64,000 bases of DNA from Ophelia neglecta (lineage: Eukaryota): positions 48,732,001 to 48,796,000 of the forward strand of contig OZ260666.1 of assembly GCA_965285935.1 (NCBI GenBank), given 5' to 3'. The notes below the pieces were generated by a model. That model ran no database searches and was not told where the DNA came from. It worked only from the letters and a program-made list of their open reading frames with translations. Made by a program: the position numbers and the translations under genes. Of the stretch, positions 1-14,250 are shown piece by piece (position 1 is the first letter of the stretch; each line of letters starts with the position of its first letter).

Positions 1-1
1 A

Positions 2-1180
2 AAGACAAACCATACCAATCTCTGCGAGTGCACCACTATGTTAGATATCTACTGTAGCGGCCTTCAGAAGGTGCCCACATTTTACAGGAACGATATTGTA
101 TACAACGGATTATACATGTCTAGACAAAATATAAGGAATCTCCCGAATGTGGTATTCTTTAATCTTATGGTGAAGAAAATTGAGCTAAACTTTAACCCAA
201 TCGGTGACAATATCGAGGTTAATGCTCTGGCTGGTTTGGAAAGGACTTTGGAACAATTATACATGGGTGGGTGTCGAATAAGGACTTTGCCCACAGGCAT
301 GTTAATAGGACTGGAAGCAATGAAGATTCTCCATTTGTGGGGTAATCAAATTCGTGATCTCCCCCCTAACTGGTTTAAAGGAGCGGCCAACTTAGTGGTA
401 CTACTTTTGTGGGGAAATCAAATCCGCACTGTTGACATCGATTCATTCACTGGGCTCACCAGTCTGCGGACATTAGATTTGGAGAGAAATCAGATAACTA
501 AACTGGACCAAAAAATGTTCCGGGATCTGACAAATCTTCAATCACTACACCTCGGGGAGAATAATCTTATAACTGTAAATGGGGAGACATTTACCTACAT
601 GAGCAACTTAAAAGTACTAAATTTGGATGCTAACGGTTTGGAATTTATTTGGCCAAAGGCATTTGATGGTCTTAGGAATCTAATGATTTTAAGCTTACAG
701 GATAATGCAATCGATCTAATATCGGACCAAGTTCTGGGTCATCTACGAAACCTGTCAGTTCTAAGGCTACAGAACAACCATATTAAGCATTTATGGGCGA
801 AAAACTTCGACGGACTTCGGGCCTTGCAGAGCATAGACCTATCTCATAACATCTTAACTGAGCTGCCCGAAGGTGTCTTTCGGCAGGCACCTAAGCTTTT
901 GGAGCTCTATCTAGACAATAACAATCTTACATCTCTGACCAAATGTATACTTCACAAACGTTCACGCCAAAACCTACGTACACTGTCACTAGTGGGTAAT
1001 CCCATTGTGTGTGACTGCGAAATGTCGTGGACCGTGAATCTACAGGCCCGGGGAGTATCAGTCTGGGGAACGTGTCATCATACCCCGAAGGAAATCCTAC
1101 TCAAACTGACGCCAATTACTTACAAATCAAACTACTACCTGCTCAGCGAACCATGTAATGACAAAGATTGTCGCATGTAA
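2..1180 (+). CDS. Extracellular leucine-rich repeat protein (LRRNT + about 13 typical 24-aa LRRs + LRRCT), 5'-partial, no intron within window
   Basis: The frame is open from base 2 (KTNHTNLCECTTMLDIYCSGLQKVP, an LRRNT CxC...C pattern), so ATG38 is probably internal. Repeats such as LRTLDLERNQITKLDQKMFRDLTN and LKVLNLDANGLEFIWPKAFDGLRN follow. LRRCT is LSLVGNPIVCDC...WGTC...C. TAA at 1178-1180. No transmembrane segment. Confidence 0.95.
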   Translation, partial: KTNHTNLCECTTMLDIYCSGLQKVPTFYRNDIVYNGLYMSRQNIRNLPNVVFFNLMVKKIELNFNPIGDNIEVNALAGLERTLEQLYMGGCRIRTLPTGMLIGLEAMKILHLWGNQIRDLPPNWFKGAANLVVLLLWGNQIRTVDIDSFTGLTSLRTLDLERNQITKLDQKMFRDLTNLQSLHLGENNLITVNGETFTYMSNLKVLNLDANGLEFIWPKAFDGLRNLMILSLQDNAIDLISDQVLGHLRNLSVLRLQNNHIKHLWAKNFDGLRALQSIDLSHNILTELPEGVFRQAPKLLELYLDNNNLTSLTKCILHKRSRQNLRTLSLVGNPIVCDCEMSWTVNLQARGVSVWGTCHHTPKEILLKLTPITYKSNYYLLSEPCNDKDCRM

Positions 1181-1299
1181 ACCTAAGTGCATTCGGCTTT
1201 GTAATACTGGCAGGCGAATGTGATCATTTCATTTTGCGCAAACCCTCTGTTTCATTCGCCGAATCAAATGATACATTCTAGGCGGAAAACATTTCGCGA

Positions 1300-2800
1300 C
1301 GACAGCAACCGCCTTTTGATTTGCTTATCAGATAGAAGAAGTAATGAGGCTAGAGAACGAGCGTGTGTGTCATCGACCAGTGTGGGGATATTAACATCAA
1401 TGTAAGTTTCATCCATAAATTATGGGAGTTTCCTGTTTGATCTAATATCAATGTAAATTGCAAATGCCAATGTCAGCTCTACTGATCAATTATGCATGTC
1501 GATCATTCTCCGAGGGCTCTAACTTCCCAGCATGCTTAAGGTGAGAGGAAGTAACTCGCCATCAAATACCAATGTCAATGGACAGCAAGGTGACAAAATG
1601 AGAAAGGGAATTGCCTAGTTACTGTTCTAATTGTTGGAATTATATGTCAATCAACGACAGGGAGTAAGGTGGCTTGAATGGGCATGGATTTAAGAAAGCA
1701 GTTATTCCACTGCTCTCTTTAGAATTTTTGTTTCTGCATGCACATTTATTTAAAGCTGCTCTGCGTCCATTTATAAAGGCATAGAAACCAGTTTCTCAGA
1801 ATAATTCAACCTCCCAGCAAAAGAACTAAACCACTTCTCGCAGGGAAATCAGGTGTGCACCACTCCCTATGAAAGTCGTCATTATTCAGCCATGATAAAT
1901 ACTATCCACAATAATTTATTTCCCGTTCTTTCGAGCCGGCATAATATAATTACTAAGGAAGAGAAAAGTTTTCTATTTGTGAATACACTCTTTGATAAAT
2001 AGGATTTGAAATTTAATGGCGGAGGAAGACGAGCCAATAGTCCATTTGCTTTATTCCATTAAATGATTGTTTAGATTTTAGTGACGAATGATCAGGCGAG
2101 TTTGCAGCTTGATATTTCAAAGCGAGTCTTCTCACAAAGGACTCACCCAAATATCTGGATCTCATGCATATGTCTATGAATGTTTTTTCATAAATGGGGC
2201 CCTGGACGAATTTATACTAATGTATTCTGCGGTCAGGTCAGAACCTCGTATATTTATTTTCTGAAATCCAGCACAAGTATAATATAATTTGAACTTGAAA
2301 CAACTTTAGGGTATTTACTATAGAGTTACTAATACCACTCAGTTCTTTTACAATTTTCGGCTGTCAACTATTTTGGACCATTCGCATACTACTAGGGTTA
2401 ACAACCAATGTTTCTTGATTTTTACTTAGTTAGTTCAACCCTGAGCTTAACTGACTGGCTAAGATGCGCGTTTGAACATTAATAATATTCTTCGTCAATT
2501 CCTCAAATTTTGATACAAATGGGTGGTTTTGACATGACACGTGGCCATTGCAGGCCATCTTTTCTTCAATGTGAACAATTACGGTAAAAAGGACTTCCCC
2601 AACGTGTCGGAAGCTAGTTCATTCATTATCGATGGATCGACTATGGGAATAAGATCTGAATCTCCAGTATGATGGAGTCTAACTGGATTTAGTTCCAATG
2701 GTCGTCATCCGAATAAACATTAATTTGATTAAATTTTTATTTTTAATTATGACGCCCTGCACGTTTGTCCTGGAAGGTTTGCGCGACAAGGAAAGTGGCT
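1300..2800 (+). pseudogene. Decayed LRR gene relic A
   Basis: Broken frames give NCKCQC (about 1457), LLELYVNQ (1631), SLEFLFLH (1716), KGIETS/RII (about 1775-1805) and RHNIITKEEKSFLFVNTLFDK*DLKFN (about 1937-2015). Nucleotide similarity to 8220-8980 and 16830-16950. Confidence 0.55.
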
Positions 2801-3949
2801 ATAATTGTTATTTTACTCCGGATACTGCTCAAGTATCTGAAAATTAAGAAGCACCTACCTGGAGGACTAGGCAAACACTAAAACGTTAATCAATAAGCCA
2901 CTGATAGATAATTAAAACGCTGAATATATCACGTTACCATTTATGTGTTAATTACACCTTAAGTGTGGTAAAAGTACAATTATGGTGATTTGTATATTGA
3001 TACCAAACAATGTTTCATTATTGTAATTGAATGGCCCTGGCTATAAATTTAAGATAAATTGTTAACCCTGTTAGTCAGTCATGTTATCATGTCTTACTTA
3101 CACCAAATTTACTGATATTTGCCAACATCTGAAACATTTGGCTTCACTGTTTCTGTAATTTGACATTGAAAAATACCGTAAACTATTGTAACAGAAATTA
3201 TCCTATGTATATGCATCAGCAATGTTGTTTATGTATGCATATTTTTAACTTTGTGCGATCTTTTTATTGACATTGTACATATTCTAGTTGATGTTTAATG
3301 GCAACTCCTTCACAAAAACAGTATGTAATAACTATATTACATAAACCAGTGTCAGATGTAACGACTTAAACTTATGTGTCTATGCAATTGGAATAAACTG
3401 TATAAGCCTTTCAAATTCCAGTTATTTTTATTAATTTATACCGAAGTTTTCAAATTTTCTATATGGATATTAGAGCTCTCTATAAGGTAAAAGCTAGCAA
3501 TATTTTCTCATGAAAGCAAATGATATACAAAAGCAACAAGCTTTGCACGTCTTTTTGTAAAATTATTATTTGTAAACATATTAATAAATAATAAGGTTTG
3601 CCTAGAATTGGCAAAAATCCACTCTTTTATATAGGCCCAAATATCATACATCACAGACTACAAGCCACAAGGGTTGGCTTGTACCCTTTGAGGTAAATAC
3701 TGGACATTTTTCTTGTTGGCAAGGTATACACTCGAAGAATAAGGATATATGTGATGGCATTGCATCGGTGATAGATTCTTGTTCTTATCATATTTCTAAA
3801 ACACAAAGCACGATGCATCTAAACCCCTCAGTCGAAACCCATGTCACACTATTATAAAAGAGAAAAAGGAGAGAGAAAAAAGTTGTTCCATGCCTCGTCA
3901 TAGTCCCGATTTATTGGAGTACCCCAAAAACAAGATGACAAGGAACACA

Positions 3950-5000
3950 AATCCTCAGCCGGTGAATATAAATGCTTTCATATCAGTTCAACAAGTGTTG
4001 TCGTAGGTTTTGCAAAATTAACCATAGACACTATTCATCTCATATCATATGACCATAAAAATTATAATTATATTTACCAGACCCATATCATATATATTCC
4101 TCAATAAAAACATGTACATTCACTGAAAAAAGTGTGTCTGACCCTTCCAACATATTCATCTTCAAAGACAAATTTTACTCCCGTTTCCTGGGTCGATATG
4201 TAGGTCACAAAGAGAAAGTTCATACATTATTGCAATCTGTGAGAATTGCTTTGAATAAGCATACTCGATGGAACGCCTTGTTTGCCATTAATGAATAGCA
4301 AATGTATAAGCAAAGGCGTCGGTATACATAAGTATAAAGTGTAAAATATAGGCACATAGCTAAATTAATCAGGAACAGGAAGGCACTATTAGATTGATCG
4401 ATATTCTCAAGCTCATACCCTAGATTATAATTAGGACAAGCTTTGGTATCTTCGACGTCATCGTGCTTGATAAATCATTCTTGTCAAGGACGGCATCTGC
4501 AATTTAGCCCATAAATAATATTCATATGCGGAATACAAAAAAATTACGTGGCATGTAGAAACCGGGAACCTGTACGCAATAAGGAATGGCTCGCATGTTA
4601 CTAAGATATATAGTAACATGCTACTAAGATATGTTACCAAGATATATTTACAGAGTTCCCATCGTTTTTAGATAAGGCGGGTTATCTGTTTGCTGTACCG
4701 CGGCCCTGAGAAACTAGCTTTTTGTAGAGAAACCGATGTCTTGGTTTCGTAAATATGGTGATATGGCGTATTCTGCGTCCAATATGCCAGAAACTGTCCG
4801 AGAGCAGGGACGAAGGTCCATATACTCGCAATGGAGAATAACATACATTATGTGTATAAATCCAGCAAATAATCTTACGTGTAAACTAGGTAAACGAGCT
4901 CATAATCTCTATGTAAAAGGTGACAAACTTCATACATATATGTATATACAGAAACACTTTTCTATAGCATTATATTGAAGTAAGATTTTTATGAAAACTG
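3950..5000 (+). pseudogene. Decayed LRR gene relic
   Basis: VNINAFISVQQVL (3962), QHIHLQRQI (4148), LQSVRIALNK (about 4230), TKVHILAMENNIHY (4810), DKLHTYMYIQ (4922); many stops and frameshifts. Confidence 0.45.
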
Positions 5001-6059
5001 GTGGGCTCCTATATCACATGTCAGACAAGCAGATAGAATAAAGTTGACTGATGCTGGCGTTATTGGAAAAAACAGAAACATTAACTTTGCAAACATTTAT
5101 TTTGCAAAGTAACGTTACTCGCGAAAATCTGCAATTCCAAATGTCGATAATGGACGCGATTTGTCATTTGCTAGAACTAACTTGTACCATATAGCTTTTC
5201 AACATGTTTGTAGGCGCTGGAAAGACAGACTGGACTTAAAATAATGAGCTTTTCATGAGAAAGTGCATGAAATACAGCCAGACGGCTAGACAGCCTCTGC
5301 AGGAAACGGTAATTGATAGCTATAATGGTAGTGGAGAAGCTCAACAGGAAGACATTGTCAGCAAACGGCACAGCCGTAGGAAGACCGCTATGGCCATACA
5401 AGTGCCGGCCCTCGGTCAGGTAGCAGCGTCAGGTCCTGGTTAACAATCACCCCTGTTCATGAGCATAGCCTGTTGTGTTAGTTCAAAACAATAATTTTTA
5501 TTAAGGATGGCAACTTTTACGTGTAGTTCACGTTGATTTGCTCCACGGGCGAGCTTCCAATTGTTTCCATACAAATGAGGATTGCTATTTGAAGTGGGAC
5601 ATGAGTTCCTAGCGAAATATTGCAAGTGAAGTCATCAGCCATCTGTACAAGGACCTGATAAATGTTCCACGCACAAAAATAAAGATTCTATACTTAAAAC
5701 GGCATTTACAATGAATACTTGAGAGTTATTGGTGTAGCTCATAACTAATAGAAAGGCTGTCGTATAACAAGATAATTAGTTCCAATTTTACTCATTATCA
5801 AGTGCGAAATTCACAGCATATGTTGAAAATTAAAATCAAATTAAAGCAGGCTCTCGTAACAGTTGAGAAGAACTTTTTTACGTGTACAAGTGTACCAATT
5901 TACTATTCTCACCACACAGAGGGATCTGGATTGGGTACAAATTAGCTTCATGTCCTGAAGTCTCTTCAGTCGCCTTTGCTTTTGGCGAAATCCTGTGGAT
6001 TTCGTTTACACTTCTTGTTTAAATGTAATGTGTGGTAATAAATATTTCTCAACACATAT

Positions 6060-7170
6060 TAGGTCAGTAGTACTATCATTTATCAAAGCTCATCAGGCTC
6101 TGTGCCAGCTAGGGAGGGCCGAGTACTGTGCTGGTTTTGCTCGACGGAAGTGCAGCGTTATATACAGACGAACACTGGACCCTTAAGTCTCCGCCGACTT
6201 AAGCACAGTCCGGGAATAACTGGACATGACCAGATACAATCGTACCTGATATATTGCCGCCAGCGTATATTTGTGCTGGATTCAATATCAGTTAAAGTGT
6301 TGTAACTATTGTTGCAATCCCAAAAGGTCCTTGCAAGGCACAGTCATCTTTATGATCAACGCGCTCTGCCCGACTAGTTCGTCCATATAGGAATAACCTC
6401 CTGTTCCACATGAAAGCCGACGGACCCAACTTTATATCACCTGCAGTTCTAATGAATGTGGGTCCACTGCTCAGATTGAGTCATGCATTGTGGTCATTCA
6501 GAACTAGATGAAACAAAATTTTCTCCATCCGAATATATGATTAATTCATCCATGCTCGGGATTCTCTAGATTATGCAAGCCTTAAAGTTGGAGAAGTTAC
6601 AATGAAGCTTCAACTTCCGTTTCAAGTCACAGGAGGCTTCTTGACGCTTGTATGTCATTGAATAGCCAGGTGAAGGTCATTGTAAGAGCAGCCAACCTCC
6701 ATTTTTGCACATAGACACATTCGGGTGATAGCTTTGCCAGTAATCAGCCTAAATTATAATCCATACCTTAGGGACAGGCTAGACTGTTTAAATGCCTTGT
6801 TAAGTGGATTGCCTGCACATGAGATCTTCCTCTTCAGCGGATGCGGACGGGTCAGTAGCTCCACTTGTTATATCCAAGTGAACGGCACCTGGATTGTGTT
6901 CAGTCTTTGGCAGCATTATATTCAAATTGCACTGCTCGCCTTTAAGGCAAATCATGGCCTTGCCTCTATATAATTGGCAGAACTGATACAGCTTTATCAG
7001 CCAACAGCAGTTTGCGTTCCTCTGTCAAGCTGATGCATGGGAAACTAGTATCTTGAGCCACGTCTGCCGACAGAGTTTCTAGGTCCCTTGTGTATGGAAT
7101 CAGCTGCCACTCGAGATCTGAGAATGTTATCCATCATGTTATAACGTGTAACTAAGCGACCTCTATCTAA
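6060..7170 (+). mobile_element. Degenerate L2/CR1-clade LINE, reverse transcriptase and C-terminal region
   Basis: Collinear RT motifs: VLVLLDGSAAL (LLDLSAAFD-like, about 6128), LRRLKHSPGITG..IQSYL..RQRI, FHMKADG/QLYI (YADDTQLY-like, about 6404), RLDCLNALLSGLP, LLAFKANHGLA, and WNQLP (about 7095). Confidence 0.85.
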
Positions 7171-8219
7171 AACATGTACAATGTATTTGCAGACGTGTTG
7201 ATCGTATATCAATTATCCTTCCCTTTTAACTTTAGTTTTAATGACATGTAATTTACTGAAGTTTTATGTAATACTATAAGCCATCAGTTAATATAAAATG
7301 CCTATGAGCTTTGATATTATAGGCCCTTTTAACTTTTTCGATGCTAGTTATTAAACGCTGAGGCTATGCTGAAGTGGAGGTCATGTGACTTCTGCATGTA
7401 AACCAAATCCAGGGTTAAGGCTAGGGCTGGGATTGGAGTCAGAGTATTCAAGGCTATTATTGTGTGTAAAGCTCATGTGTCGCCTCCGCAAGGCCCCAAG
7501 CCTCCGTGCCTCTTCAAAAGCCATGTTCAAAACATTAACATTATGATGCTGTAGCTATGAGCAATGCCCCTGCACTCTGCATGAAAGAAATTCCTTTATT
7601 TCATCCTCTGCCAGTGTTTTACTAATTGTTCGCAAAGTAAATAGCTCAAAATGTAGTTCCGGCATAAATAGAACCTCGTCATTGCGCCTGTCCCTAGTGA
7701 AGTGCACGATGCCATTTTATTTCATAATGATATTACCCGCGACAGGCGTATCATCTGCCAAATACCTTCCATATTGGTATCAGTTTAAATTTAAATGCCA
7801 GGTTTTGAAGCATTCGAATTCTCGGAAAATCGAATTGATGTTTATATTCATCGCGCGCAAAGAAATAATCGACGTAGTTCTGCGCAGGTGACAGACTAAA
7901 ACTTTATAAAAGCCCCTGATATGCAAGAATCGATTACCTTATGTGCGATCTCATTATTCACTGTTCCGTCAATTCAAATATCTGAAGCGAGGATGTCGTT
8001 TTTCTTCAATGAGAGTACATAGTTTTTCTCTAGTAAATTAATGTTAATTTATTTTCTAGTTATGTAAGTCAACCATGAAAGCATTGATAGTCCTACTGAA
8101 AAGAATAAAGAAAACTAAAAAAAAAAAAAAAAAAATCGCTGCCTTCATCTCATATTGTCTAAAACGCTGCAGAGAACCTACAGTGCTGTTATCCGCATTA
8201 TTATAGTTTTAGTCAAATA

Positions 8220-9480
8220 ACACGGCAATCCTCTTATCTCTTGCCAATTTGAACAAGGAATCGGCGAGGAAAGGGAACGAACAGGTGTGTTGTCGAGCAA
8301 CGACCATTGATTTACATCTAGCATTGTGTTATAACCTGAGTTATGGAGCGAGGTGTTTGATCTAATATAATAGTTGATTTCTAGTGCCACTGTCAGCGAA
8401 CAGGATCAATTATTCATGTTGATCATTCTCCTAAGGTTCTTTTCTTCCAGCCCGCATATAAAAGGCAGGAAAGATATTCCATATTATATCAATCATAGAC
8501 GCCAAATACGAATTATTTAAAAGATTAAATGGAAGTGTTCAACTGCTGCTGTATTTGGGCAAATCAGACTGGAATTTTTCTCCTATATAGCAAATTACTG
8601 TATATAGCTATTCGCTAAATTGTATATATCCTTTCTACACTTATTTTTCTAACCTTTGCTGTAACTCAGGCGCCACAGAAAGCCATTTAAGTAGACACTG
8701 ACTTCCCAGAATAATCAATAATTTGCTCTCTCAGCAATGAAATTAAGGAATTTCGACCGGGGATCAAATGATTGGCGGTTAATGATGCCAACTAGACATT
8801 GGCATGTTTATTCTTTAGAACAGGCCAGTAACATAGTTTTAAGTGCCGCCCTTATAGCAAGAAATGTGAGACATTTCCCTGTCAAATAATTATGTAGGTG
8901 TTAAAGTTCGAATCAATAAACATGGCAAATTGATGCCATTTTGATTTCAAAGCTGAACGAGTTATTTCAAAAGCCATGCGCTTGGACTGACGGGATTCCC
9001 GGGGATGGAGTGTAAAGGCAATTTGAAGCTAAAACTATTGGTGATGAAGACCCAAAACCTTTGTTCTTTAGCCAATGAAGGTTTTTTTTTATTGTGATAA
9101 GACCTTCCAGCCTATCTCTTATGTAACCCCATCGTCACCAATATAACATTGCGAGCCTCTAATGCCAATATGTTTTACTGGCGAAAAATAAGCAATACAA
9201 GTCTTCAACCACTGATTGTACAGGTGTTTATTATAAGCAGCTGGCGTTCCTCGTTTTCTTTCGTCTTTTTGATGTAAAAATCTTTGATTTATATCACTCC
9301 AATACAGATTAAATTACGGAAGGAAGCACTCCATTATTTATATATATGGTAAATTGTTTATATATATGGTATCTATGGGAGATCATGTATTAATCATGAT
9401 ATCAGGATGTGATTCATCTGCACGAAACTAATCGCATATCGGTAATTCAAACTTCCCTCCACTGCCTGTTAATGTTCATA
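8220..9480 (+). pseudogene. Decayed LRR gene relic B (paralogous to relic A)
   Basis: Shares tgtttgatctaatat, tgcca.tgtcagc, gatcaattat.catgt.gatcattctcc and cagaataat...ctc.cagcaa with 1430-1820. Peptides LSNEIKEFRPG (about 8729), ISLSNNYV (about 8873), IHLHETNRISVI (9412). Confidence 0.55.
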
Positions 9481-11479
9481 GGCTGATGTAGGATGAAAGG
9501 AATGGCTTAAGCAATTTTTGCTAAATGTGAAGGCAAACTTAAAGGAAAAGTACAAATTTTCCACATAAAAGTTGAATTTTAAGAGCAGTACATGACATTG
9601 TGTTTTATTTAACAGCTTTGAGATTATCCATATTTGCTAGGGTAATCTTGGTACATGTGGCGCTTTCAAAAAATGTCATATAATAAGGGCATGCGATTCC
9701 TTTTTTTTTTTTTTTTGCTTGAGTATTTTATATACAATTAACAATCTTGTTAGTTTTTTCATTGATTATTTTACTTGATTATAACTTGGATTACATCTTT
9801 CTCCTCGATTTATTTTCTGTGTTATGCCAATCTTTGTCCACATCAAATGGTCATCATGTTTTTAATACTATTGTTACCAAACACTTTTTCACCAGTTGAT
9901 TGCCATCTAAACAATGGTCCAATCTTTTTTATAATATAAAACTGTTCAGGAGACTACATACTTGTGGTTTGGGGCAGATGGGTCACATACTGTGATAGTG
10001 AAAGTTAGACTGGTGGTTTTAAGTATTACCCTTAATAGACCAGATAACTTAGAAATGTGAGACTCATTTCATTCCCATTTGCCCAAATTTGGAAGAAACA
10101 AAGTCAGTGAGTTTATTATTAGTATCTTTGTAATTCCCATGTATGTTTGGTTTGGGTCATAGCCCCCGCCCTCAACTTATCATCGTACAAATCTGTTATA
10201 TCGAGTTATATTTTAACATGGCCCTGCAACGCAGCTTCGGCTGGACTCGCCCGGCATGGTAAGCTACAAGACCAAACTTGCTCATATCGAATTTTAGATT
10301 GGCAAAACTCCCGTAAATTTTGATGTGTTTAAAATACGCATGTAAAAAGACGGAAACTACACTGGGCGTTCTATTCCCGAAAACGATCAGGTACATTAGG
10401 TTTCTTATTTTAGGAAATTTTAGTTTTACGATTATATTGATCGGTGTTTCGCGCTAATTTACAAGTAATGAATGTTAATATATACGAGTAACGATCCTTC
10501 ACTGCTATCATACACGAATTTCCTGAGTCGATAGTGTCGAAGTGGTGTAACTGCGATGGCTTTCAATAATTCATGACATGGTATTTTCCTACATTAATTA
10601 TTCTACATATGTAATAGGCGCTGGCTTCATACCGATTCGTTAGAGATTGTTTCTGTTAACTGCCGTTGCAATTTACTGTGAACAATGATGTAAGAAATGT
10701 TCTTGTACGCAGAGATGTACATACCCAATATACATCTCTGATGTACGTATTATGAAAGACCAAACAAATAGTACAGGAAAAGAGATGAATGGTACAGACA
10801 AGGAAAATCACAGAAACATTGGCTCCAAACAAAAATACAGCAGGAGAAGGAGAGATTTCCGTCTTCGGTAATAAGAACCAATACATGACAAATACATCTA
10901 TTGTGGTTTTGTATTTGTGTGTCATTGATTTAACACTGTCACCATGCCTTATGAGCTGAATTCATTTGAAAAAAAGCGACGTGTTAATGGTTTTAGTAAG
11001 CCTGGTTAGGTGAATTGTCCTTAGCTATCACTAATAACCTGCGTACGAATTACTGAGGACATTTGTTACAAAACGTTATATTAAACATTAATAATATTTT
11101 TGAAATTATTATCTTTCTTAAATTTCAAAAACCAAAACAATCTTCTCCTTACCAACCGCATTGCACTGGGCCATTTTGTTCCGTTGTTTCATATACATTT
11201 GCTATTCATTTTGCTTATCGTAAACGATATCAATTTTTTGTTAGAAATTGGAATCAACAAGGGCCGTAACGTTTTCTCGGTGATGGAATGAACTTTATTA
11301 CTAATACTAGCAGAGAGCGTGCATGCCTCAATACGCAACAAATGTCAGAAATAAGTTTCATTAGCATCACTTATTAGTTAGAAGCTAAATACGAATTTAG
11401 CCAGATGTATATAATGTGTATTGCATGAAAAACGTACTGCGCTTAAGGTGCAATCGTTTTTGCAACTTTCTTTGTTTTA

Positions 11480-12560
11480 ATTTACAGACATTCCACTATA
11501 TAGTATAGACTATAACCTAGACAACCAATTTCGGAGAGCATATTGCTTAAAAGAACCAGTCTCATGCTGCCTATGCATATACAAAGGAACTACATATCAA
11601 TCAAAATGGTAATAAAAGTCAGGCCGAACATATTGGTGATTTTTTGTAAGCGTTGATAGGATGGTGTGTGCGCTTTGCCTATAGGTCTTCATGAAAACAT
11701 TTACTGAATTTAAAGTGACTAATAAGACCGGGATTGACTGGATTTTTATTTACCCCTGTAATATCTGACTCTGTAATTCTAGGTTAACATCACTTCTCAC
11801 TATAAGAAAGAATCAATACAATATGTAATAAGACACATGCATGACCCTTGGTCTAGGATGAGTGCAATTTATCATTCTACACTATCCAATGGTCTCCTAA
11901 ACTTAGAATGAATTCTAGGAATGTTGGGGCCGATAAAACCGGAAAAGGATCACTTCAACAGAAGAGTATCTTGTGAACTACCACGATTAGCTTTCAGGTA
12001 TTTAAGGGAACAAGCATGAATAAATATGTTAAACCAGCTTCTGGTTGAAAATAAGTGATGAACCATTAGGTTAAACAGGATCCGAAATAATACAGGATTC
12101 GATCAAATTAGGTTTCCACTCATACACACAAAAGGAAATGATTTCATGCTTTAAATTGCCATCACCTACAATGAAATGTCGTCTGCCGCTCACCATGATG
12201 TATTTTCAAAACAAAGAAAGGAAATGAATAAACAACAGTTAATTGTATGCAGGGCATTATTACCAGGAAAATAAGGCAGTCACATATTCTCTTTAGGCCC
12301 GCTACTGCATTGCATGAATAGTGTCGAACGACAAATTGAATAAAGTCATTTGGCATACAGTCACCTAATTGAATAATCATACAGTGTGTGCATCTATATT
12401 GAGGTTAAGGTTCTACTCCGCTTGCTCATCAATTGGGTTAATCAAATAATGGTAAAAGCCGGCTTTGGGAACAATTCATGTTTTGTATTTCACAAATATA
12501 TTAGCATGACAATAGACTGGTTGCCCCTGGGATTGAAAATGGCATCAGTTCGATTCGTAG
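11480..12560 (+). pseudogene. Decayed LRR gene relic ending in an LRRCT-like segment
   Basis: TKELHINQN (11581), ALPIGLHEN/LLNLK*L (11672-11720), NGLLNLE (about 11888), ELPRLAFRYLRE (11975), then ..INWVNQ..NSCFVFHKYISMTIDWLP resembling an LRRCT. Confidence 0.5.
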
Positions 12561-13989
12561 TATCTTCTTCACAGGATATTGTGCATTTTTCAACTTGCTT
12601 ATTGGTCAAGGAATAGCTCCTTAGAAAGTAAAAAACATTAATACATTTTCTTCTAAATGGGTCTATATCCAGTTTACAACTTATATACACTTTCAAATTT
12701 GAATGAATAATTATGCAGCAACAGGTTAAACAAAAATATATGAATAATATAATAAAGGTATGAATAAAGTAATGCATTATAAAAAGACTACAACTGAGAA
12801 TTATATCAATGTTCAAAATATGTCCTGTAGTTAAAAAAAAGATAATAATGATAAAAAATTAAATAAACACGAGAATAAAGAGCATCTTTTATAAAGATAT
12901 ATTAACATTTAAATCACTGTCTAAATAAACTAGTTTGAAGTTGGCGTTTAAATTCCGTAATAATGTAATTGGCCTTAAGTCCGTAGACCTAAAGTATTGC
13001 AATTTGCTTCGGGCAAAAAAATACATTGAAATATGTGTAATGCAGGCTTTTTTGCCTCGAAATCAGTTGTATGCAGTTTGCAGCACTACATGTGCTGTTG
13101 GGTAACAACTTAGTGTACATGCAACATAAAAACCGTCTAATAGATAAAATCATTCAATTTAGATGATTAAGAATCAATATTGTATGGAACAGTACAATAG
13201 AAATGAGAAACATTGGATTGTCAAACCGCGCTTGGGTGCTATGGACATTGTGTGGATGCTATAGGTACTGCCAAAGAAAAATGACTAACAGTTGTGAATT
13301 CGTATTATTTAGGTGTTAATTTATTGACACCAAAGGTAAATTATCTAATTTACCTTTAATAATGCAAATATCAGTAATTTTCAACCACCTCAGATAGCAG
13401 TTGTTTGCCAGCATGGCAGCCGCAACGAGTAAAACAAATAGGAAATAATAAAGCTATAGACCAGACCCGTTTCTGGTAGCGTTGTGCCTAATACGCTTTT
13501 TGTGTACAAACTTTCAGTTTTATTAACTGTTGCTTAGAACGTTGACTTTTAGTGAAATACATTTAATGATAATCAACTACAATTGAACACTTTTGGATAT
13601 TTTGATAAACAACTGCTGGGAGGATTATATATTCGTAGTATATCAGAATGCAATGATAGTTTCGGTTATTTATGATTGACTGCAAAATTTCATAAATAAG
13701 AGGTTCTCAGACCCCAACTGAGTAAACAAAATAGTTTGCCTCTTTCTGCCTTTTATAAAGTTTGAATAGTGGGTTCTCAATTCTGGTAAACTGTGAGAAG
13801 TTGGGTACAAAACAATCATTGGAAGTCCAAATTTCCTGTTTTTACTCTTGAATGCTTCAGCTTTGCCCCTGACACTAGATTATATGCTTGGAGGCTAGAT
13901 CACCAAGACTGTATAGGGAAAATCCAGTCAGTTACGGAGATCACTTTGACACATCCTAGCAATCGTTTATGGCTGCACCGTTTATAACC

Positions 13990-14250
13990 CCCACCCCCCG
14001 CCTTCGACGATAGACTTCCCCGTTTTATCCCAGGGGATAAGAACCTTTCCCACTTGTACATTACCATCGACAGTATAGTCTGCCTATCCCTCGAGATTGT
14101 AAGAGCCTGCTTATACTGTTCTGGCAACCGTATTCCCCTGAGCATGACAGATGGCGAACATCCTCCAGCACCGACTCGAAATCAACCCTTATCTTGTATT
14201 CCAGACTCCAATGAGAACTCTCATTGGCACGTGGTCCCCGGAACTTGAGG
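13990..14250 (+). pseudogene. LRR gene N-terminal relic
   Basis: DRLPRFIPGDKNLSHLYITIDSIVCL..CLYCSGNRI parallels the intact gene's KVPTFYRNDIVYNGLYMSRQNIRNL..IELNFNPI. Confidence 0.4.
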
